Below, one piece after another: positions 40,862 through 51,099 of a stretch of 64,000 nt of DNA; position 1 is the stretch's first letter; the number at the start of each line of letters is the position of its first letter. The position numbers were made by a program, and so were the translations under genes. Location of the stretch: assembly GCA_963833095.1 (NCBI GenBank), contig CAWHWQ010000005.1:416001-480000 (forward strand), given 5' to 3'. The notes beneath the pieces were generated by a model. The model saw only the letters and a program-made list of their open reading frames with translations. It was not told the DNA's origin and did not search any database. Origin of the DNA: Vulcanimicrobiota bacterium (GTDB lineage: Bacteria; Vulcanimicrobiota; Vulcanimicrobiia; Vulcanimicrobiales; Vulcanimicrobiaceae).

Positions 40862-40921
40862 TGAGGCACGAGTTCCGTCAGCACTTGTCGTCAACCCGCC
40901 AAAGCGGGATAGAGAGGGGCT

Positions 40922-40993
40922 GGGGCGCTTCGATGGTGTCGACCGCCGATCTGATACACCGCGCGGCTCCGGGTTCGATTCCCGGGCGCTCCA
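40922..40993 (+). ncRNA. tRNA/tmRNA-like 72-nt element of unknown identity
   Basis: GGGGCGC/GCGCTCC-A acceptor stem with G3:U70, T-arm CCGGG-TTCGATT-CCCGG, non-canonical D and anticodon arms, no encoded CCA. Confidence 0.6.
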
Positions 40994-41003
40994 GCCGCGA
41001 TGT

Positions 41004-41079
41004 CCCACCCGGCGTTGCGAAGTCGTCCGACGTGTGGTATCGTCGGCCATGTATCAGGTCGGCGGACACATCGAAGCGC
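41004..41079. repeat. About 75-bp repeat, copy 1; its 3' 30 nt are an inverted copy of 40925-40958
   Basis: cccacccggcgttgcgaagtcgtccgacgtgtggtatcgtcggccatgtatcaggtcggcggacacatcgaagcgc. Confidence 0.8.
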
Positions 41080-41115
41080 ACGAGGCGCCGCAGCAATGCG
41101 GCGCTTCGTCTTTCT
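41080..41115 (+). terminator. Probable intrinsic terminator
   Basis: ACGAGGCGCCGCA-GCAA-TGCGGCGCTTCGT then CTTTCT. Confidence 0.65.
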
Positions 41116-41181
41116 ATTGGTCATACCAATGACGACCGTTGCGGCAAGGCTCTGTTTGCCCGGCCAATGAACACCCTGCGG

Positions 41182-41865
41182 ATGAGTCGTGAGGTTCACG
41201 TCTATTCGCATGGTTCGACGCTTGCAAAGTGGCGGCAGATCATCGAAATTGCGGCGCTGGTCGCTGCCGGGGTCTGGGCCTTCTACGTCTTCGTCTATAA
41301 AGAGCGCATCAAGCCCGCGGGCGAAGCCCCGAATATCCAGATCCTGCGCTCCGCCACGCACGAGGCGCTTCCCCGCGGCAAAGAACTCGTGACCGTCATC
41401 ATCACGCTGAAGAACATCGGAACGGCTAACGTGGAGATGGGCGGTCTCATCGTCAACGCCTATGGGATCCGCTACGGCGATCGGATCGACAGCGCAGCGC
41501 CCGCTACGCGCACAACCGGCCTTATGACGGCAAATCACGGGCTCGTGGATTCCAAGCCCGTGCTTCTCTACACCTACTCCGCGATTTGGATTCCACTCGG
41601 CTCAGCGCGTCCGTTCAAGATCCTCTCGGGCGACACGTTCACGATTCCAATGTCGTTCGTGATCCAGAGCGGCTCCTATGACACACTGCGTCTGAACTTT
41701 GCACGGTGCGATCAGCGCGCCGACAATCTGCTCGTCACGCGCTACCTGCCGCGGATTTTGAAAGACGGATCCTTCGACGTGTCCTCAATGATCGCGCAAG
41801 ACGGTGCGCATTCGGGGCTCGAGTGCGGCGGAACATTATATACGGGCGGAGAGTTCGCCCTGTAG
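41182..41865 (+). CDS. Hypothetical membrane-anchored protein
   Basis: Single N-terminal TM (IIEIAALVAAGVWAFYVFVY) followed by a beta-rich domain with two Cys; start 41167 or 41182. Confidence 0.7.
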   Translation: MSREVHVYSHGSTLAKWRQIIEIAALVAAGVWAFYVFVYKERIKPAGEAPNIQILRSATHEALPRGKELVTVIITLKNIGTANVEMGGLIVNAYGIRYGDRIDSAAPATRTTGLMTANHGLVDSKPVLLYTYSAIWIPLGSARPFKILSGDTFTIPMSFVIQSGSYDTLRLNFARCDQRADNLLVTRYLPRILKDGSFDVSSMIAQDGAHSGLECGGTLYTGGEFAL

Positions 41866-41941
41866 CTCCACGCCCCGTTGCGCAGCCGCCGCAGGCGTGT
41901 ATCGTGGGTTTTGTATCAGGCCTGCAGACACATCGAAGCGC
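41866..41941. repeat. About 75-bp repeat, copy 2 (direct repeat of 41004-41079)
   Basis: ctccacgccccgttgcgcagccgccgcaggcgtgtatcgtgggttttgtatcaggcctgcagacacatcgaagcgc; last 30 nt are 27/30 identical to copy 1. Confidence 0.8.
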
Positions 41942-41942
41942 G

Positions 41943-43028
41943 CTAGGCGTCGGCTTTATGTGCTTTGGGTTGCGTTTCGGCGCGGAGTTGACCGCACGCA
42001 GCCGCGATGTCGCGTCCCATATTCTTGCGCACCGTTGTCGGCACGCCGGCCTTGTCGAGCACCGCCGCAAATTGCCAGATGCGAGCGTCCGTTGTTCCAG
42101 CGAACGGGCCGTCGGGCGTCGTGTTATACGGAATTAAATTGACGTGATAGAGGTTGCCGCGCATCAACTCGGCGAGTTCGCGCGCGCATTCCAAGGAATC
42201 GTTGACCCCTTCGAGCATCACGTACTCGAAGAACACTTTGCGGTTGGTCTTCGCTACGTAGCGCTCGCACGCCGCCATCAATTCTTCCAATGGAAACTTC
42301 CGGTTGACCGGCATGAACGCACTGCGCACCCGGCCGTTCGGCGCATGTAGTGAGATCGCGAGATTGACTTGCAGACCCTCGTCGGCGAAGCGATCGATTT
42401 TGTCGACCAGTCCCACGGTTGAAATCGTGATATGACGATGTCCCAAACCCAAACCGTGCGGATCGTGGAGCAGGGCGACCGCTCCCATCACCGCGTCGTA
42501 ATTGTGGAAGGGCTCACCCATGCCCATGAACACGACGTTGGTGATTCGTTTGTCGCGCGTTGCAAGCTCGCGCGCAAAGTAGCGCGCTTGATCGAAGATT
42601 TCGCGCGAGGTTAGGTTGCGCGTGAATCCGGCCTGCCCGGTCGAGCAGAAGGCGCAGGCAAACGCGCAACCGGCTTGCGAGGAGATGCACACCGTGGTGC
42701 GGTCGCCGCGATGCTCCATCAGCACCGCTTCGACTTCGTTGCCGTCGTGCAGGCGGAACAGCCCTTTGGTGGTCTGCGCGTCGTTCGAGCGCTGGACCAC
42801 TACTGGTGCGACCGACGTAAAGGAGAAGCCGCGTTGCTCGAGCGTTTCGCGCAGTTCTTTGGGCAGCGTCGTTACGTCGCCGATCGCACCGAGCAGCTCC
42901 TTATTTGCGGCACGGTAGATCTGCTTGAGGCGATAGTTTTTGAGGTCGAGTGCGCGCGAGAAGTCATCCGCATCGGCGAAGCCGATATCACGCGCCACCT
43001 CGTCGAACCAAATGGTTTGGGCGTCCAT
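41943..43028 (-). CDS. rlmN: 23S rRNA m2A2503 / tRNA methyltransferase RlmN
   Basis: CISSQAGCAFACAFC, MGMGEP, ISLHAP, EYVML, AACGQL. Confidence 0.96.
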   Translation of the reverse strand: MDAQTIWFDEVARDIGFADADDFSRALDLKNYRLKQIYRAANKELLGAIGDVTTLPKELRETLEQRGFSFTSVAPVVVQRSNDAQTTKGLFRLHDGNEVEAVLMEHRGDRTTVCISSQAGCAFACAFCSTGQAGFTRNLTSREIFDQARYFARELATRDKRITNVVFMGMGEPFHNYDAVMGAVALLHDPHGLGLGHRHITISTVGLVDKIDRFADEGLQVNLAISLHAPNGRVRSAFMPVNRKFPLEELMAACERYVAKTNRKVFFEYVMLEGVNDSLECARELAELMRGNLYHVNLIPYNTTPDGPFAGTTDARIWQFAAVLDKAGVPTTVRKNMGRDIAAACGQLRAETQPKAHKADA

Positions 43029-43036
43029 AGCGCCCC

Positions 43037-43045
43037 ATTATATCA
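43037..43045 (-). promoter_or_regulatory. Extended -10 promoter, probably leaderless rlmN
   Basis: TGA-TATAAT 8 nt upstream of the rlmN ATG; the TG comes from the udg stop codon; no RBS. Confidence 0.6.
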
Positions 43046-43699
43046 GAAGAGGCTCGCTTGCTCAGGCGGCTGTTCCGGCATCACCGGCGCCTCGTCGATC
43101 TTGGTTCGAACGGCCTTGAGGTCCGCCCAAACCATGCGCTTGACCGCCGTGAGCTCTCCGCCCGTTTGGCGGAGCACGTAGGCCGGATGGAAGGTGACCA
43201 TCAACGGAATGCCTGCCGGCCCGTCATACCAACGTCCGCGCATCTTCGTTATTTGAAAGTCGCGACCGAGAAACGATTTTGCCGCGGGGGCGCCCAGCGC
43301 CATGATCACGCGCGGTTGGATGATGTCGATTTGTTCGTCGAGGAACGGACGGCAATTCGCCATCTCGGTCAAATCCGGCGCGCGGTTTTTGGGTCCGCGC
43401 GGACCCGGCATCGTGGGCCGGCATTTGACCGTGTTGCAGATGTAGACTTCCTCGCGCGCAAAGCCGATTGCCGCGAGCATCTTATCGAGCAGTTGGCCCG
43501 CGCGGCCCACGAACGGCCGACCGAGCAGATCTTCGGTCTCGCCTGGGCCTTCGCCGATCACCATCAAACTCGCGCACGGATCGCCTTCCCCATACACATT
43601 GTTGCGACGCTGCGATCCGATCTCGCACTTGCGACACGCCGCGGCGACGCCGGCGCCATGCGCGAGCAATCGCTCGCGCCGTGCGCGCTCCTCAAGCAT
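43043..43699 (-). CDS. Uracil-DNA glycosylase family 4
   Basis: CRKC, GEGPG, GRPFVG.AG, NTVKCRP, HPAY. Confidence 0.93.
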   Translation of the reverse strand: MLEERARRERLLAHGAGVAAACRKCEIGSQRRNNVYGEGDPCASLMVIGEGPGETEDLLGRPFVGRAGQLLDKMLAAIGFAREEVYICNTVKCRPTMPGPRGPKNRAPDLTEMANCRPFLDEQIDIIQPRVIMALGAPAAKSFLGRDFQITKMRGRWYDGPAGIPLMVTFHPAYVLRQTGGELTAVKRMVWADLKAVRTKIDEAPVMPEQPPEQASLF

Positions 43700-44048
43700 C
43701 GCCGGGTCCGTTCGGCACGGCCAGCACGGCTTCGCCGAAGGCAACGATCTTGCACGATCCGTCCGGACTTTCGCTGACGTGAAAACTGAGACCGATCACC
43801 GCGTTTGCCCCGACCTGGTTCGCGCGCGCGTAGATGCCCTCGAGCGCCTCCCCACGGAGTTGCTCGGCATCGCTGATGAACTCGCCCGGGGCGACGCCGA
43901 TCAGCATTCCAAGGCTGCGAAACGTCGCGCGAAGCCGGTTTCGCGGTCGCGACGCGACACCGGAGACATACCCGTAGCGCTTGACGATCTGATACCCTTC
44001 GAGTTCATCGAAGGTCACGACCGCCTCGGGCGCAATCATTCCCGTCAT
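43692..44048 (-). CDS. YbjQ (UPF0145) family protein
   Basis: VVTFDELEGYQI..YGYVSG, GANAVIG, AFGEAV. Confidence 0.85.
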   Translation of the reverse strand: MTGMIAPEAVVTFDELEGYQIVKRYGYVSGVASRPRNRLRATFRSLGMLIGVAPGEFISDAEQLRGEALEGIYARANQVGANAVIGLSFHVSESPDGSCKIVAFGEAVLAVPNGPGDA

Positions 44049-45021
44049 GCCGCAGACTTCACCGTCGGTGCTCGTGATCCGCCTCGATGCGATCGGCGAT
44101 GCACTCGCTCTTACACCGCTGCTTGCTGCATTGCACGAACGCGCGATACCGGTGGATCTGCTGCTGCGAGCCGTCAACGCAGAGATCTTCTCCTCGCGGT
44201 CAATCCGTACGGTTTACGTAGCGCCTTTCTCACTGCGTTCGTCGACGCCCGAAAACCGCCGATCGATTGCCGCGTTTGGTTCGCAACTGCGCGAGCAGGC
44301 CTACGCCGATGTTCTGGTCGCGACCGAAGATCCCGGCGGCTACCGCTTAGCGCGCGCAATTGGGGCGCCGGCGCGCGTCGGCTTCGTCAACGGCTGGGGC
44401 AAGCCGCTCAAGACGTTGTGGGCGCGTTCGATGCTTACGCGTACCATCGTGCGCAGCGCGGGACTCGATCCCAAAGCGCCGCACGAGTGCGAGGTCCTGT
44501 GGAAGCTCGGCGAACGACTCGTGGGCAATGGTCCGATCCCGCGCGATCCGAGTGTCTTGCGCCCCCTCATTCTCGATCGCGACGTTGCGCGCAGCGACTA
44601 CGTCGCCTTTCAGGTAAGCGATAAATGGGAACGGCTCGGCATCGGCTTCGAGCAGGTCGTCAACGCGCTGCAAAATGTAGCAACGATCGGACCGGTGCGC
44701 GCGATTGCCGCCGCGCGCGAAAGCGACTACGCGCAACGTGTTGCCGAGGCGAGCGGTGTGCCGGTTGAATGCTACGCCTCGCTTGCGCCGTGGAAAGAGG
44801 CGATCGCAGGCGCCGCGACGCTCCTTGCGCCGGACAGTGGCGCCGTGCACGTCGCGGGGATGGTGGGAACGCCGACGGTCGCAATCTATCCGCCGATTCG
44901 CAATGTCGGTCTGCAAATCGCGCGTTGGGCGCCGTGGGCTGCGCCCTATCGCGCGGTCGTCGCCGAACAGGGTTGGCCCGAGCGCGTCGCGTCCGACGTC
45001 GCGGATTTGCTGCGCCGGTAA
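44047..45021 (+). CDS. Glycosyltransferase family 9 (heptosyltransferase-like)
   Basis: LVIRLDAIGDAL..TP, DSGAVHVAG..GTPTVAIY. Confidence 0.88.
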   Translation: MPQTSPSVLVIRLDAIGDALALTPLLAALHERAIPVDLLLRAVNAEIFSSRSIRTVYVAPFSLRSSTPENRRSIAAFGSQLREQAYADVLVATEDPGGYRLARAIGAPARVGFVNGWGKPLKTLWARSMLTRTIVRSAGLDPKAPHECEVLWKLGERLVGNGPIPRDPSVLRPLILDRDVARSDYVAFQVSDKWERLGIGFEQVVNALQNVATIGPVRAIAAARESDYAQRVAEASGVPVECYASLAPWKEAIAGAATLLAPDSGAVHVAGMVGTPTVAIYPPIRNVGLQIARWAPWAAPYRAVVAEQGWPERVASDVADLLRR

Positions 45022-46332
45022 AGCTCGATCGAGCCGCTCTTTTGCACAAGCGCGTAGTCGTGCGCGGCTACAAGTGCTTGCAGTTCGTCGCCATACTCTT
45101 GCAGCCGCGGCGAGTTGGGGAAGTCGCGATCGATCAACACATAACACGCATCCACCCGCGTACTGGAATTCTCCGGAAGCAGCGTCGCATTTGGATCGTC
45201 GAGCGCCAGGTGCGTGTATGCCTCCTCTTGTGTCGCAATTGAGGCATCGCGAGGAAGCGACGAAAGCATGGCATCGAGCGCAACATCTCTTGGCTGCCGT
45301 GCTCGCAGATTGAGCCCCGGATGGAGCGGATCAGCAACGGCAAGCTCGAGCACGCAGAGTACAATGCATGCCCAGAGCCAGCGCGTCGCTCGCGGTTCGG
45401 GGAGCTTGCGAACCGCAAAAGCGAAGGCCACGAGGACGTAGCCGAGCCACGCACCCGCGTAGTGCGTGCCGAGCGTGAAGGTCGTCGGCATGCGCGAGAG
45501 CAGCACCTCGGCTAGCGGCGGTAGCGCAAGCCACATAAAGCGGGATCGCCACGGCAAAAAGCCCAGTGGCGCAAAAACCAAGAGTAAGAAGCCGATGCGC
45601 TCGAACAGCCCTTGCGGAAAAAGCGCGCGCAGGTCGTCCGCGGTCCAGTCATAGAAGCGCGTCGGGGCCCAATGCGCATTTGCAATGCTATGCGGTTGAA
45701 TCTTAAAAAAGAACGCAAAGACGGTCATGACAGCGACGATCGCAATCCCAAGCGCAATCCGACCGGGTTGCGTGCCGCGAAAGCGCCACGCCCCAACCGC
45801 TGCGGCCACGCTGACGAAGAGCGCCTGATCTTCTTTGACAGCGATCGCCAGGAGCGCAAACGCCACCGTTGCGATCGCGTAGCCCGAGTCAAAGGCCCAT
45901 ATCATCCACGCGACCGCCGCGGGAGCAAGGCCGTTCTCGTGAAAGTCTACGAAGGCCAAGCCCGCCAGCGCCGGATACAGCGCTACGACCAGCGCCGACT
46001 GGCGCGCGATCGTTTTCCCGGTACGCCCTACGACCAAGGCGTAGACAGGCGGAATCACCAGCGCGCACGCTAGCGATTGGGTGGCGATCAGCACGATCGG
46101 CGAACGCCACACGAAGAGCGCGAGCCCGACGAGATACAGGATCGGCGAGAAGTGGAAAGCCCAGTGGCTGCCTTCGATCGGATTGCAAAAGCAGCCAAAC
46201 GCGCTCGCCGCCGTCTGCGCAAAGATCCCGAAGTCGACTAAGCTATGATGCGCCTGGTAACGAATCGTCCCAAGGAGCGTGAAAGCCGCCGCATAGAGCA
46301 GCGCCAGGATACCACGGAAATTTATCGCGCAC
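44946..46332 (-). CDS. DUF2079-like polytopic membrane protein (GT-C-like)
   Basis: In-frame upstream of the track start: DFGIFAQ...HFSPIL; also DFHE and KED. Likely start is GTG 46332 (MRDKFPW) with a 1-nt indel. Confidence 0.75.
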
Positions 46333-47423
46333 GACGCGATTGCAGGTACGGCCAGATGAAGGAATCGATGTCGCCGTCGAGCACGCCCTGCGCGTTGCCG
46401 GTCTCAACGTTGGTCCGATGATCCTTCACCATTTGATAGGGCTGCAACACGTAGGACCGAATCTGCGAACCCCACTCGTTGGCAGCGCGTTCGCCGCGGA
46501 GCGCCGAGAGTTTCGCGTCGCGCTCTTCGATCGTTCGCTGCACCAGTTTGGCGCGCAGAATGCTCATCGCAACGTCACGGTTCTGCGCTTGCGAGCGCTC
46601 TTGCTGCGAGGCTACGATGATCCCTGACGGCTCGTGAATGATGCGCACGGCGGATTCGGTCTTGTTGACGTATTGGCCGCCGGCACCGCCCGATTTGAAG
46701 GTCTCCAAGCGCAGATCTTCGGGTTTGATCTCAACGCCGGGAGCCTCGCCGGCTTCGATTTCAGGAATCACGTCGACCGCCGAAAACGACGTATGCCGGC
46801 GGTGCGCCGCATCGAACGGCGAGAGACGTACGAGGCGATGCACGCCGCGTTCGCTTTCCAGCATGCCGTACGCGTTACGCCCGCGAACGAAAAACGTCAC
46901 CGACTTCAGCCCAGCTTCTTCGGCCTCCGACTCGTCGACGATCTGCGTTGAAAAGCCGCTGCGATCGGCCCAGCGCAAATACATGCGCAGCAGCATCGCG
47001 GTCCAATCCGCCGCATCGACGCCGCCTGCCCCGGCATTGATGCTTACGATGGCGCCGTGCGAATCGTACTCGCCGTCGAAGTTCGCCGCCATCTCGAGTT
47101 CTTCGATGGCCGCTGCCGCGCGTTCCAGAGTCGCGTCGACCTCGCGATCGACGCTTGGGTCGCCGGCAAAGAGTTCGAGCAGTTCGCGCCCGTCGGAGAG
47201 GGCGCGCTCGACTCCATCCATCCGGCCAATCTCGTCGCGAAGATCGGCCAGCTCTTTCATCGTGCGTTGCGCCCGGTCGGGATCATTCCAGAATTCCTCA
47301 TCGCGCGAATCGAGATCAAGCTCGCTGATCCGTCGCTCTTTGCCTACGTGGTCAAAGACGCTCCTTGAGCGCCGTAAGGCGGGCGCTCAGGCGGGTGATG
47401 GTGGTCTGGTGCGAGTCGCTCAT
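46322..47423 (-). CDS. prfB: Peptide chain release factor 2 with programmed +1 frameshift
   Basis: Short first ORF MSDSHQTT...KERL*, AAGGAG-CGT-CTT-TGA-C shift site at 47366-47351, SPF and GGQ motifs. Confidence 0.97.
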
Positions 47424-47520
47424 TGCGCACCGGGCATTCTCGCCACACGGCGCCCACCCTTGCTGTTTCGCCTTCTGCGCGTGATGGAGAAGCGAGCAAC
47501 ACAACGGAGGTTCACCCCAA

Positions 47521-48400
47521 ATGAACGTGCAGGATCGCCAGATGGATCCGATCTCACCGTTCCCGTCCCCGTTCAGCGGGGAATTCGCCGACGTAAGCGG
47601 CGTCGGTTATCCGAACAACCCCGGCTCCTATTATGGTTCGGGCGCGAACGGAGGCGATAGCATCACGAGCCTCATGCAGCAGATCCAGCAGGCCGAGCAG
47701 AGCTCTCCCCTCGGCAGCCCCATGGGCATGTCCTGGCCGATGAACACGCTTGGGATGTTCGGGCAGTTGGGATCGATGTTCCAGCAAATGTTCGGCGGGG
47801 AAGCCCTAACTACGGCAGCGAGCAGTACTATTCGAACGCGTCCGGCGGTTCGGTCGGTGATCCGCATCTCTCGTTCAACGGCAACACCTGGAACGACATG
47901 TCGAGTGAGCCGGATCTGTTGCACTCCGATTCAATCCGCGGTGGCTACCAGCTCTCTACGCAAACGACCGCGCCCAATGCAAACGGCGTAACCTACAATC
48001 AATCGGCAACGGTGACGTCGCACAACGGCGGAACGCAAGTAACCCTCAATAACAACGGGAACGCGACGATCGAGGAAAACGGCGTATCCTCGAATCTTTC
48101 GCCGGGCCAGACCGTACAAATGGGCAACGAAACGGTCACCCGCAACCAAGACGGCTCGCTGCAAATCACGAACACCAATCAAAACGGCGGTCAGATCACA
48201 ACCACGATGCGCCAAAACGGCGACGGCGTCGACGTCAACGTCTGCGCCAGCAACGTCGACTTGGGAGGCGCCATGGCCAACGGCTCAAATTCGAGTGAGC
48301 CTAGCCCGCAGCCGCCGTCACAACCCTCTCCGCGGCACCTGCCAATCGGTATTCGACCGATCAATCAGCCGCTCGAGCCGTACGGGCCGGCCACCTTCGA

Positions 48401-48404
<4 letters not shown>
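47521..48404 (+). CDS. Hypothetical Asn/Gly/Thr-rich protein with GDPH motif (two track ORFs joined by a probable 1-nt deletion)
   Basis: GGAGG RBS. Adding one G to gggg 47797-47800 gives ...FGGGSPNYGSEQYYSNASGGSVGDPHLSFNG... Confidence 0.6.
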
Positions 48405-51061
<2,657 letters not shown>

Positions 51062-51099
51062 AGGGGTGCTACTGGTTCTCCATGGGTGTTGGTGGCCCC

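Noticed and set aside
40929..40960. Resemblance to a fluoride riboswitch (CGATGGTGT...CTGAT-ACACC pseudoknot-like pairing)
   Set aside because: P1 would be only 4 bp, the conserved spacer and second hairpin are missing, no fluoride-related gene follows, and the segment is embedded in an acceptor/T-arm frame. A cmscan run would settle it.
40922..40993. Ordinary tRNA-Ile(GAT) or tRNA-Ala
   Set aside because: The stem around CTGATAC pairs only 3 of 5, there is no canonical D-arm, and the acceptor identity conflicts with the anticodon.
40861..41181. N-terminal extensions of track ORFs 39728-41050 and 40861-41865
   Set aside because: The extensions are low-complexity translations across the structured non-coding region; the plausible starts are 40861 (minus) and 41167/41182 (plus).
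41004..41941. CRISPR array or integron attC cassette
   Set aside because: Only two ~75-bp copies about 860 bp apart, no cas or intI gene, and no AAC/GTT core sites at the ends.
46310..46332. ATA start codon for the DUF2079-like gene overlapping the prfB stop
   Set aside because: A single extra base after GTG-CGC-GAT-AAA-TTT-CCG-TGG explains the frame more simply.
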